From Gracilinanus agilis (taxonomy: Eukaryota), in assembly GCF_016433145.1 (NCBI RefSeq), contig NC_058133.1:166152780-166216779 (forward strand): a DNA stretch of 64,000 bases, read 5' to 3'. Below, piece after piece: positions 1 to 11,448 of this stretch. Position 1 is the first letter of the stretch; each line of letters begins with the position of its first letter. The notes beneath the pieces were generated by a model. That model was not told the origin of the DNA and ran no database searches. It worked only from the letters and a program-made list of their open reading frames with translations. The translations under genes and the position numbers were made by a program.

Positions 1-190
1 ATATGGATAACATGAAAATAGGTTTTGAACATATATATATATATATATGTATGTATGTATGTATAACCCAGTGGAATCGATTGTCAACTCCAGGAGGGGT
101 GAGAGATGAGGGGAGGTAGAAAAACATGAATTGTGTAATCATAGAAAAAATGTAAAAATATAAATAAGTAAACAAAAATTAAAAACAAAC
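1..190 (+). mobile_element. L1 3' end (opossum-type) with (AT)n/(ATGT)n
   Basis: acccagtggaat...aacatgaat...catagaaaaa plus A-rich tail. Confidence 0.75.
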
Positions 191-407
191 GCCAATTTTT
201 TCCATAAGTGGCAATGCCAGGTGATAGAGTGGGTAGATTATGAGACTTGGAGTTGGGAAGAACTGAGTTCAAATCTTATCTCAGGTACTTATTGGCCCTG
301 GACAAGTCACTAGGCCTCTTTGTGACTCATTTTCCTCATCTGTGTAATGGGAATAATAATGGCACCTATCCCATAGAGTTGTTGTGAGGATCAAATGTGG
401 TAAAATA

Positions 408-594
408 GGGGGCAGCTGAGTAGCTCAGTGGATTGAGAGCCAGGCCTAGAAACAGGAGGTCCTAGGTTCAAATCCAGCCTCAGACACTTCCCAGTTGTGT
501 GACCCTGGGCAAGTCACTTGACCCCCATTGCCTACCCTTACCAATCTTCCACCTATAAGTCAATACACAGAAGTTAAGGGTTTAAAATAAAAAA
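408..594 (+). mobile_element. Young SINE1_Mdo-like SINE (short 3' variant) nested in an older MIR-like element
   Basis: gggggcagctgagtagctcagtggattgagag head; A tail; 15-bp TSD AAATGTGGTAAAATA at 393-407 and 595-609. Confidence 0.85.
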
Positions 595-739
595 AAATGT
601 GGTAAAATACATAAAACAATCTTTAAAGTGCTGTATTAATGCTAGCTGTTATTATTCTATTATTATAAACTGCCCTGCCCCTTTTATACTCACTCCCCAA
701 TACAATACCTTGATACCAATATTAATGTCAAATAGTTTT

Positions 740-745
740 TTTATT
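740..745 (-). terminator. BCAN (secreted form) polyadenylation signal AATAAA
   Basis: tttatt on +; about 630 nt after the stop; GT-rich sequence follows on the minus strand. Confidence 0.7.
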
Positions 746-1376
746 GCCTGTTTTCCTCTTGAGGGCACTTAGACCAATGCCCCCATGCTGGGAACCCATC
801 CATCCCCACACATTCCACTTTATACATAGCTGGGTCTTGTCCTTTAAAGAGTAAGGGAAGACCAGACCTCCAAAGGCAGAGCTTCCCCTATGGAAGTGGA
901 GAGGAAGGGCTGAGGGTTGGGGGGCAGTTGACAGAGGCACTTGGAGACTGACTGTTGTAACTAGGGAAGTGTGACTCCAGCGAGAACAGGGAGGTCCCGG
1001 TGGCAGTGCAGCAGGAAAGGCTTGATTGGCCCCTTTCCTTAGCAGCTTGACAGGGGCAATGAGGTCACTTCTGGTCCACCAGGACTTCTGGTCAATTCCT
1101 GCTGGTCCCTATTCATGATATTACTCCCTGCTCTAAGGCCACCCTGGCTACAATGTCACATCCGGTGACTCCAAGGGGGAATACTAAGAAAAGCACCAAA
1201 GAAGGAGCTGCCTATAGGGTAGAGGTGTTGATGATGGGGGAGTGATTGAGATGAGGGGTCCCTGCCCTGAACCACATGTTCGAGGCCCTGCCCCGACAGG
1301 AGAGAGGGAGGGAGGGAAGGAGAGAGGGAAGAAGAGAGTAGGTGGAACCTAGGTGTCCTGGGGCCTGGTACAGGGG

Positions 1377-1466
1377 TCAGCAGTGTCCACCTGTTCCCCG
1401 GCATCCTCCAGCCCTCCTAGCTGCCTGTCGCTCCTTCAGAGCTGTCCTCCGGAGCTGGGCTCGAGG
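1377..1466 (-). CDS. BCAN: Brevican terminal coding exon (PRAQLRRTALKERQAARRAGGCRGTGGHC*)
   Basis: Acceptor tttctcctcctcag|CCT; phase 0 forces this frame; TGA at 1379-1377; summed CDS 2775 nt = 924 aa. Confidence 0.78.
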   Translation of the reverse strand, partial: PRAQLRRTALKERQAARRAGGCRGTGGHC

Positions 1467-1934
1467 CTGAGGAGGAGAAACACATTTCTGCTGGGATCTT
1501 TTCCTCAACTTTCCTCTCTACCCTTGGCCCACCCAGTCTAACTCTGAAGCTGAGAGAAACCCAGATTCCCGGAACTAAAAGGGACCCAGAGGCCATTGAG
1601 GCTATTATTATATAAACCTGTCCAGGAATCTCTTTTACCACAGTTTGACAAGAGGTCATCCAAGGTCTTAAATAATGAGGAATCCATCATCTTATGGAGC
1701 AGCAGCTGTTGTCATTGCTATTATTATTGTTGTTCCACAACCCTGCACATACTTGAAAATAACTATCATAGCCTCCATGAGTCTCCCCTTCTTCCCAATC
1801 TATCCTGCTGTGGCATGGTGCCTGACCACCTCTGGCCCTTGATCTCTGGCCCCTTTACATAACCTCTACTTGGCTGTTCTGGCCCAGTGGAATATCCTAC
1901 TTCTTACCAAACTCTTCTGGACTCAAGTACTCAC

Positions 1935-2125
1935 GGGTCGTTTAGGCACACAGGAAATCTGAGGGTGCTCCCACTGGCCATTCTCAAGGCACCGGATCAG
2001 GGGAGAATTACGCTGGGCCAGCCCTTCCTGGCAGTGATAGCGCAGCACAGAGTCCACTTCATAGCGGGACCTTGGTCGGCCAAAGACCAGGGCCAAGGGT
2101 AGCTCTGGGGGTGGTCCACAAGACA
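1935..2125 (-). CDS. BCAN: Brevican exon 13, sushi/CCP domain (VSCGPPPELP...ISCVPKRP)
   Basis: ORF 1923..2219; cctag|TG acceptor, CCC|GTGAGT donor; 191 nt; ends in phase 0. Confidence 0.97.
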
Positions 2126-2654
2126 CTAGGAGAAAGAGATTGTGAGAGACAATCAGGGAGGGGAAGTCCCAGATGGTGCCAGTTGTGGCTCCTACAGCAA
2201 GAACATCTGCTAGACACATACCTTAGGCCTTTTGGCTCCAACTGGAACCAAAATTACATTGATTGATAATCAATTCTCCCTCTTTTCCCTTCCTGGGTGA
2301 GGGTTGCCAGCTCAGTGCAAACAGGATCCCAAGGTTAATACATACCTATTTATGTAGCATCAGGACTTTGTTTTATAGTTACCTACTGGGCAATAAATCA
2401 TTCTTCTGCCCCCAGTTCTAGCCCCTCACCCTGGTATCCCCCAAAATACTCCTTTCCTCCCATCTGCCCCAGCTTTTTTCACCTCTTCCCCAGTGTCTTT
2501 CAATCCTCTCCTGTCTCCCCAATGTTTCCCAGCTCCCTGCCTTTCTCCTCCAGTGCCCCCTGTCTCCTTGACCTTCTTCCCCATTGTTTCTGGTGCTTCT
2601 CCTCGAAGTTCTGTCCCCTCCCTGTCAGTTCTTCTCCTCCTGGTCTCTCCTCAC

Positions 2655-2799
2655 CCAGACCCATCTTGCAAGTGTAGGATAGGTGGTAGTTGCAGGGAAC
2701 ATCACTCCACTGTCCCTGGTCATGCCAGACCATAACCACACAGTTTTCTCCAGACAGGAAGTAGCTGTCAGGCTGCCCTGGGTTCCAGTTCTCATAAAG
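2655..2799 (-). CDS. BCAN: Brevican exon 12, C-type lectin part 3 ([48 protein letters not shown])
   Basis: tttag|CTT acceptor, G|GTGAG donor; 145 nt; QPD motif. Confidence 0.97.
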
Positions 2800-3122
2800 C
2801 TAAAGAAGGGAAGATAAAAAGAGAACATCTGAAGGAGAAAAGTAAGAGTTAGGGCACATGGAGGAAGAAGGCCAATAGTTTGGAAGCTTTGGGGGAGGGC
2901 AGATAAGATAAGACTTAGGGGGACTTAGGGACACTGAGGGAGAATGGTGGTGTCTGGGAAGACACTAGGAGATAGGGGAAGGGGCTTTGGGGGCACTGAA
3001 GGAGAAAACTAGGGACTAGGGGAACAAGGGAGAAAGGTGGGAGTTTGAGGGGGGACACTTAAGAGTAGAAAAGGCTGAGAGGAAACCAGTATGTGCATAT
3101 GAAAACATTGTCCTCCTCTCAC

Positions 3123-3205
3123 CAAAGGAACTCCATCTGACCACAGGAAATCTCCCTCAATGGTTCTGTCATTCAGCCCAATCCACTGGTATTCTCTGTA
3201 TCGAT
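3123..3205 (-). CDS. BCAN: Brevican exon 11, C-type lectin part 2 (RYREYQWIGLNDRTIEGDFLWSDGVPL)
   Basis: Translated by hand (absent from the ORF track); ccccag|AT acceptor, TTG|GTGAG donor; 83 nt. Confidence 0.97.
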
Positions 3206-4385
3206 CTGGGGAAGAAGAGATGGGGTATAGGGAGAGATTTTAAGAATGAAGTCTGTAATGTGTCCCCAGACCAGCAGAGGGCTCCATTTCCCCAGTGGAA
3301 TAGTATACTACATTTACCACTAGGGTAAGTTCTTTCTGAAGTCTCTTTTCCATCCCTTCTGCTGCCCTCTTCTCACTTTTCCCAATGTGGAAGTGAGACC
3401 CAGCCAAAGGCAAGTGGGAAAATGATGATAGTTGAAGTTTTGGAATCAAGGATGCAAAAATGAAGTTGTAGAACTACCCAGAGCAAGAAAAGATAGGGGG
3501 TAATGAATTGGCCCTAGAAAAAGAAGGAAACTTTTAAACAAAGCCAAGAATTCTGGGAGAAAAGCTGGAATATGAGTGAGATAAGGAAGACTAGATGACA
3601 GGAGAGGTTGAGGGAGCTACAATCAATAAATTTGGGAGGCTGAGGCTTCATCTCAGCTCTAAATCTATTATCTTATGGACCACTTTCCCATAGATTAAAA
3701 TATAAAGTATCTCTTTTCTGGTACGTCTTCTAAGCCACAGGAAAGCTGTTTATATAGTCACAGGTTTAGAGGATGGGAGGGACCTTAGAGAAAAACAACC
3801 CCTTCATTTTACAGATTTTGGAAAACAAGGTATAGAGAGTTTGTAACTTGCCCAAAGTCATACTGGTGGTGACAGAATTGGGGCTTGAACTAGGTCCTCT
3901 GCAAAATTTTGTTCTTTTTCCACTGTTTGCAACACCATATTGTATCTTAAAACACCTAGTTTCTCATCCTGTTAGTCTGTTATCCAAGAGGAAAGAGAGG
4001 AGAACATATTTATAGGGAGTGATGGAAGATGAGGAACAAGACAATAGCATAGGTATCTTAGATCTGGGCTCTTTTCTCCTCTCCCAGAATGTGGCATCAG
4101 AGGGAACAAGGCTTAGAGATCAGGGACAAGTTCTGATGACTAGAAGGCAGAGAGAAGGAGAAGTACAAACAAGCAAGTATGATAAAAAAAAAAATAGAGA
4201 GTTCCTGATTCACTTTGGGGAAAGAGGGTGGAGGAGGAAAAAGAGGAGAGAGAGACCAGGAAGAGGACCACCAGAAAATGATTTGGTGAGGTAATCAGAA
4301 AAGTATGATTCAAATAATGGATATAAGAAAAACATAGATCAAAGGATTTAGAGTTGTAAGGGATTTTTGAGATCATGTAGTCCCA

Positions 4386-4388
<3 letters not shown>

Positions 4389-4420
<32 letters not shown>
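4389..4420 (+). repeat. Poly(T) tract of about 32 nt
   Basis: Direct reading. Confidence 0.9.
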
Positions 4421-4421
<1 letters not shown>

Positions 4422-4816
4422 AGGGGAAACAGAGGTATCTCAAGGACAATCATGGTAAGTAGAAGAGATAGAAATGAAACCAGGTCCTATGATAGTGATG
4501 GTAAACCTTTTATAGAAGGAGTGCTGAGCCCTGCCCCACCCCGCCTCCCAGACTAAGTGCCATGCATGTCTCCCTTCACTTTCCAAGGTGCTGAAAACTA
4601 AAATGTGGCCCTGAAGCCCTAACAGCCAGCCAGGCTATATCAGGAACCCTGTGCTTCACACACACTGAGCCTGGCCACAATATTGGACCACAGCTCTAAG
4701 GTTCAGCCCTGGCTTAGAGCTATGGATCAATTGAAATGAACCAAAATGCATTAATTCAGTGGCTCCCCAAAGTTCACCCTGGGCCCTTCAACCCTCCCCA
4801 CAGGGACCCAGCTCAC

Positions 4817-4975
4817 TGTTGATGAAGTTCTGTTCCTCAGGAGTGCTGATGCTCGCTAGGTGGGCCCCGTGAAGCCGGCACTGAGTCTCAGCCTCTTCCC
4901 AGCTCCTCCGAGTTGAAAAATGCTTGTAGCAAGAGCCCTGGAAGGCATCCCAGCCAGAACTGCAGGATCGGAGGC
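4817..4975 (-). CDS. BCAN: Brevican exon 10, C-type lectin part 1
   Basis: [20 protein letters not shown]...EEQNFIN; cag|GC acceptor, A|GTGAG donor; 159 nt. Confidence 0.97.
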
Positions 4976-5130
4976 CTGAGGCAGAAAAGGGTTCTAGGTC
5001 AAGTGCAAGGAAAGGAAGTTCTTGAGATCTCTTGATCATACTGGTCAGGAAGGCTCAGTTCAAACTACCATCTCCACAAAACCTTTCCTTATTTTCTTGG
5101 GAGTTATAAAAACATTCTTAAAACTCAAAG

Positions 5131-5326
5131 TCTGGGGGCAGCTGGGTAGCTCAGTGGATTGAGAGCTAGACCTAGAGATGGGAGGTCCTAGGTTCAAATC
5201 TAGCCTCAGACACTTCCCAGATGTGTGACCCTGGGCAAGTCACTTGACCCTCATTGCCTACCCTTACCACTCTTCTGCCTTGGAGCCAATACACGGTATT
5301 GATTCTAAGATGGAAGGTAAGGGCTT

Positions 5327-5357
<31 letters not shown>

Positions 5358-5379
5358 AAACAAACAAATAAATAAATAA
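5131..5379 (+). mobile_element. SINE1_Mdo-like SINE with (AAAT)n(AAAC)n tail, followed by an older SINE (to about 5580)
   Basis: TSD AAAACTCAAAG at 5120-5130 and 5380-5390. Confidence 0.85.
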
Positions 5380-5699
5380 AAAACTCAAAGGCTCAGTGGA
5401 TAGAGAGCCAATCCGAGATATGGGAGATCCTGGGTTCAAATCTGACCTCAGATACTTCCTAGCTGTGTGATCCTGGGTAAGTCAGTTAATTTCAAATACC
5501 TATGCCTTACCATTTTTTTTTACCTTAGAACTGATACCCAGTATTGATTCTAAGACAGAAGATAAGGATTTAAAAAAACTCAAGGTCCTAACCTTTCTCA
5601 GGAAAACAGGTGAGAGAAATGGGGAAGTTAGCAAAGGCATGGTGGCAGGAGTAAAAAGAGTAGGTATCTGATTACCTCAGATGACAGTGAGTGAAATTC

Positions 5700-5872
5700 C
5701 ATCCTTGAACTTTTTTTGGAATACTTTTTCTGTATTTCTTTTTATCTTTTAATTGCATTGGATTATAATCTACTTGAGAATAGGGACTGTTTTTTGCCTC
5801 TTTTTATATGCTCAGTGCTCTGCACAATGCCTGCCATATAGTAGCTGCTTAAAAAATGTTTATTGATTGATA
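5700..5872 (+). mobile_element. L2 3' end fragment
   Basis: cttgagaatagggactgt...cacaatgcctgccatatagtagctgcttaaaaaatgtttattgattgat. Confidence 0.6.
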
Positions 5873-5899
5873 TCCATCACATTGTACTTTACAGTATAC

Positions 5900-5901
<2 letters not shown>

Positions 5902-5944
<43 letters not shown>
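5902..5944 (+). repeat. (GT)n microsatellite, about 21 units
   Basis: Direct reading. Confidence 0.95.
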
Positions 5945-5948
<4 letters not shown>

Positions 5949-6518
5949 ATAATAGTACAACATAAGCTCCTTAACATCGAGGACCATTTTTTTCATCTTT
6001 GTATCATCAGGGCCCAGCTGCCAGGGCTATAGGGCACATTGCCAACTAATCAATTTAACACAATTCAACAACAGCATTTATTTAGTGCTTACTACAAAGC
6101 ACTGTGCTGGGGGTTGGGAGCACAGATGTTTGTTGAGGTGATATGAATTGAGGCAGTGACAGAGTTAGTCTAAGGACTAGAGGAAATAGGAGTCAGAGGT
6201 ACCAGGGAAGAAAGGGGGAACAGGGACACACTTTGAAGTTCTCAAACCCCTTTCTGTCTCCAGCCTTGACCCTTGGTTTGTCTTCCCCAACCTCCAAGGT
6301 GGGACAGGTCTCCCTCTTCTTATATTGTGGGAATTTGAGGCCTGAATGAGTTTGGAATTAAAATTCTTCACCCTAGGGTGCTTAGTATTGATTCCCTTAC
6401 TCTCCTAGAAGCTTCTAATACAAGCTTGGGGAGGGGGTTATAAACCACTCCTGACTAGACCCCCCCCAGATAAGTTTCCTGAGCCCTCATTTATCTGCCC
6501 CTTTACAGCTCCACTCAC

Positions 6519-6626
6519 CAATCTCGCATAAATTCCCCCCATATCCAGGTAGACATAGGCAGTGGACACCATCACCCTCTTCATAGCATGTCCCCCCATT
6601 GTGACAGGGGCTGGGAACACAGTCAC
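6519..6626 (-). CDS. BCAN: Brevican exon 9, EGF-like domain (GDCVPSPCHNGGTCYEEGDGVHCLCLPGYGGNLCEI)
   Basis: Six-Cys EGF pattern; cag|GT acceptor, G|GTGAGT donor; 108 nt. Confidence 0.97.
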
Positions 6627-9600
6627 CTGCAAGGGGCAGAGACATGAGACATGGTGCTCGTGGCCCTAGGAATTTAGGCATCTATGGGAGATCTCAAAAC
6701 ACATATGAAATCCATCCCAGAGTAGGGCCTTGGCCATAGCCAACCCTCCTCTCTGTCCAGTGGGCTCATTTTTCTTCCTCCAACCCCACTCCTTAATTCC
6801 CCACCCCAGTCCCTCAACCAATATAAGGTTGGAAAGGGTTTAATCCAACTGAGACCCTAATTCTGTCCTATTTCCATGGAGAACAGGGCTAGGCAGTGGA
6901 CGGAGCTATAGAAAAGGGGCATTTATTCTTCCCAACACTAACTTTCTAGAAGGGACAAGTTAGAAAACCCTGTAGGTCCCCCTAGTCTTCCATGTTCCCA
7001 GGTATTACAGTTCACACATACACTGAACCTGGGATTTTATGTTGTAAGTACCAGGTGGCTAAAGGTGGGAAGAATAGCAGACAGAGTGTCAGATGAGAAA
7101 TCTGACTTCCCCCTTTGCCTGCTTATAGAATCAGTCTCCTCTGGAGGCCACTAGAAGCAGGAATTCTCAAATATTATTTCTATTCCATCCTTTTCCTTCT
7201 CAATATTGCTGGACACCTGACTCTTTTTTTATTTTCCAGGATTCCTCTTCATACTCTTCACTCCTGCTAGATGAACTTGCCCTTGGCCTCCTTTCATATC
7301 ACAGCTCTTTCTCTGGGTCTTCTGTTACAAAAGACTACATGTCTTCCTTTTCCTCTAGTTCCCCTCCTTCCCAACACTTTTCCATATTCCCTTCCCCTAA
7401 AAAGCCTTCCCAGCCATCACTGCCACCCTCAACCCAATCCTATCTCTTCCCCAAGGTGACATCTCCCAAGGTGATTGGCATGACCATGGCTCTAGTCTCT
7501 GTACCTGGTGGAAGAAGCCTGGGGATTTCATCTCCCCCATCAAAGTAGGAGCTTCCTGAGGGCAGGGATTCTATTTTCCCTGAGATTGGTAACTTTTTGA
7601 GGGTTGGCAGTGTCTCCCTCAGCAAACTGTTGACTTCCTAAGTGTAGAAGCCAGTCTTCTTCCTTCTTCTGGATCCTTCCCACCCTTCCCAGACCAGGGT
7701 TCTACTCATAGGGTTCTCATGACAGAAATATAGGGTGAAGATAACTGAGTGGCCAAGATACAAGTGAACAGAAATTATTTTTCACAGAAGATCTCAAAGC
7801 ATCTTTTTTTAGAGAAGATATGCAGAAGACCAGTGAACTGGCAGTGATGAATGGGGTATCCAAGGCAAGGTTAATGGAGAGTGGACAAGGCAAGGGGTTC
7901 CTTATCAAACGGATGGGCAAAAGATGATCCCACTTCCAGTGGTTCAGGAATCTGTGTTCAGAAAGCCTTGTCCCCACTGACTCGATGCCTGTCTTTAGGG
8001 AAGCTGAGTAAAAGTGATGCTGATGACATCAGGAATAATCTAGTTCATATATTCTAGAGTTATTAAAGGTTTTCAATAGCCCCATGAGGAAGGTATTATA
8101 ATTATCCTTAAATCCATTTTTAAAAATGGGAAAACTGAGGTCCTAAATCTAAAAATTCAAGTCTCAGCTTTGTCCTCTTCCATCTGTGTGACTTTGGATA
8201 AGATACAAGTCCTTTCTGAGACTGTTCTCTCATCTGTAAAATGGTGAAAATCACTACTTCTCTACCTATATCCTAAGGATTTTATGAAGAAAGTGTTTTG
8301 TAAATTCTAAAGTGGTATAGAAATGTGAGATATTAAGTGATATTTCAAAGGTCATATTGTTAATGGATATGACCTAGAGTTAGAACCAGAGCTCTTTTTA
8401 CTGCATTATATCATCCTTCTAGACCACTGGAGAATATGTGACATTTGGGCTAATTATTTCCCCTCCTTGAACCTCAGTTTCCTCAACTGTACACAAAAGG
8501 GTTAGCCTAGATAATTCCTCTTATCCATTCTAATTATAAATTTATAATCTTTCTCCAGTTTCTAACAATCCCTGTCTCACCTGCTGCAGTCTCAGTCACT
8601 TCTTAATGTTCCAAAACTACTACAATGTGGAATATTATGTCCTCTGCAAGGGAGTTTAAGCTCACAAAGGTTAGGATCAGCAGAACCCTACCATGTTCAT
8701 GGTTGGAGTGAATATAGAGGAAATATCCAATATTGCATTTATGAGTTCTCTAGCCTAAAGATAAAGGGGATGAGGATGAAGAGAAGGCAGAGTTGGTTCA
8801 AATCACTTTCCTGGAACCCCAAGGCTAGTTTTGGAAGAAAGATTCAGCTCATCTGGTCCCATAACCTTTATCTTCCTTCTACTAATCCACTGTAGTGGTT
8901 TTTCCCAAGATGGTCCTTGTTGCCCCCCTGGAGGGGATGGTTATTTCTTATATTAACTCTTAAGCACCAGGTAAGGTAAAGGTTGTGACAGGATGACCCT
9001 TGCTTACTATAGCAATACTTCAACACGGCTCCCTTTCCCACAGAGAGTCTTCAGATAACTCAGTCTGTCTCCATCCCCCATTTCTAGGAAGATTTTCCTC
9101 ATCTCTCAAAGTGATCTGGGTCCCACATCATCTGGTTCCTCTACTTTGATTCTGTCTCTTATCCATTAAAGACTTGAAACACATCTATCTCTTCCATCTT
9201 TCCTACTCTTCTAGTCTTCTGTTCCTGGTAATCTAAATTCCTGAGGGTAGAGAAATACTTCTTGTTACTTAATTATCATCCCTCTTGCTGCAATAGTAGC
9301 CTATGAAGCTTTTCCCCAGACATGATGTGGGCAAGGAACATAGAAAGAGCTTGAGGGGATAGTTCTATGCCCTCTTCCCCCTAAAAAAAGCAGGAATCAT
9401 CATGAATAGAAAGAGGGAGAAAGCCTGAAATCAGAGAGAATTCCAGGGTCTAAAGTAGAAAAGGTATACAAATCCATACCTGGTCCAACTTCACCCCTGT
9501 ACTTTTGAAGAGATCAGAAAGCAGGGTAATTAACATAATACCTTTTCATTCTATGCATTTGGGTGGTGGAGAGTGTTCTCCTTTCCCTTTTATTCCAGTT

Positions 9601-10209
9601 TCCCAAGTCTTTCCTTCCCCCACAGTTCCAGTTCCTGTTCCCTCAGGGGCAACCCCCATATTCTTTGTACTTCCATAAGCCAACTGAGTGCCTTGAATTC
9701 CCTATGGGTTAGGAAGAAGGCACAAACCCACCAAATTGTGAGAAGAGTTATTAGTGATAGGGACTGGGGTAGGACAGATGGAAAGTTCAGGAGAGAAATA
9801 AAATGCTGGTTAGAATAGGAGGTTCTGTTATGGTTTAAGGCTCTAATGTTGGCTCTCCCCAGAGGTGCAGAGAAAGCTCTCTCCTGTGGCATTGTCTCTT
9901 CAAAGAGGAAGAGTGCCCTAACTCATTTTTATACCTAGATTGGAATGGCATAAATCATTGGGAGATAGAAATATCCCTACCACCACCACCACTACATCTG
10001 CCAACCTTTACTGATTTCTCCCCACTGGGAATGAGGGAGCATGCTCCTCTGCTTCTTTCCCCTCACCACACACATCCCCAGACTGGTAATAAATCCTCTT
10101 GGGTAGTGGAAAAGGTCAGAGACTTAAAAGGGCCAAGTGAGATACAGTTAGTGTAGACATGGCCTGGGGTGGGGTAGGAATGGAATAGTGGTGAAGAAAA
10201 TGAGAACAC

Positions 10210-10560
10210 AGCATGAGGGGTTAGAGCATGGACCTGGGGCAAAGGCAAAGAGGCTGAAGAGATCAAAGGAGAAACAGGAGAAAAAAGACAATCAAAGACA
10301 GCCACAGAGAGCAATGGAGCCAGAGGCAGAGGCAGAAAAATAGAGACAGAAAAACAGAGTATTTCATAGAGCAGAGGAGACAAAAAAGCAGAGATGGAGA
10401 GAGGCCGTGACAGATAGAGTGACAGAAAAAAGCACAGACTAAAGGAAAGGACAGAAACAGAGAAGCAGACAGAGGGCAGAAAGAGAGAGACAGGAGTTAA
10501 GAGTGGGACAAAGACAGAGCCAAAGTCAGACAGGCAAAAAGATAGAGACAAGAAAGAATT
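10210..10560 (+). repeat. GA-rich purine tract (CU-rich in BCAN pre-mRNA), intron 8
   Basis: agacag/agagac-type low complexity. Confidence 0.8.
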
Positions 10561-10636
10561 AATTCTTCAGAGAAACAGGAGAAGCAGATTGGGGAAAATG
10601 GAGACAGAGGGACCCGGAGTTTGGTTATAAAGTGGT

Positions 10637-10739
10637 TTTAATTGAGATTTATTTCCGAGGCTTGTTTTCCATGAAACAGTCATAAAAATACTTCACAGAA
10701 GTAGTGTTCAATTAAGGCTCCTTGGGGGAAGGGTTTATT
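10637..10739 (-). terminator. Intronic polyA signal cluster for the read-through BCAN isoform
   Basis: Minus-strand AATAAA at 10739-10734 and 10653-10648, ATTAAA at 10642-10637. Confidence 0.65.
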
Positions 10740-11377
10740 CCCTGGGACTGAGATGGGATTCCAATCCAAAGGCTTCCCTGATATCATCCAGAATGGGACA
10801 CACAGATGAAAGAAAGGTAGTGGGAGTATACAGAGAGGGAGGAATGAAAGACAGGAAAGAAGGCAATGAATTGGGAGACAGGAGGAGAAATGATGCTCAA
10901 ACTGACTGAGGAGAGAAAGGAGGGCTGAAGGACAGGAGCAGAGGTCACTGACAAGAAGGGAAGGTAGGATTTACATAGGGAGGAGGTTTTGGACAAAAGG
11001 AGGATTCCAGAAAGGAAGATCCAGGAAAGTCAGAGGGGATAAACTATTGGGGACCTGGAGAAATGACAAGAAAGTCTCAGAGGAAGACAGGAGGGGAGCC
11101 ACAGAGGGAGTAGGAGTGCATAAAGCCTGGAGTGAGGAAGAGAATTACAAGGAGGGGTTATGGAAAAGAGGTATGCTGCCCTTGGGGTGACACGGATTTT
11201 AGAGTGGAAGGATGAGGACAGAAGAGGAGTCACAGGGCCAAGGGCAGGTGGAAGTAGGGTCACAGGAAACTATGGCAATGGTAATGGAAGGGAGTTACAG
11301 AGGAATACTGGAGAATGGGGGTGGGTGGAAATAGTCACTGGCTGGGAGACTGCAGATGGGTTTGGGCAAAGGGTAGG

Positions 11378-11448
11378 TTAAAGGATAGCATGGCCTGCAG
11401 CTCCGAGCAACAGAAGGAAGAGGGAGACAGAGGAGTGGGTTGGATTAC
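11378..11448 (-). CDS. BCAN: Read-through extension of exon 8 giving a GPI-type C-terminus (GNPTHSSVSLFLLLLGAAGHAIL*)
   Basis: Frame stays open through the donor to TAA at 11380-11378; hydrophobic tail; same mechanism as known GPI-linked brevican. Confidence 0.8.

Noticed and set aside
408-480. tRNA-like head (gtagctcagtgg...ggttcaaatcc), repeated many times in the window
   Set aside because: tRNA-derived SINE heads, not tRNA genes.
6630-10060. Search for a second EGF exon as found in aggrecan, versican and neurocan
   Set aside because: No six-Cys EGF pattern with splice sites found by eye in intron 8; mammalian brevican has one EGF domain.
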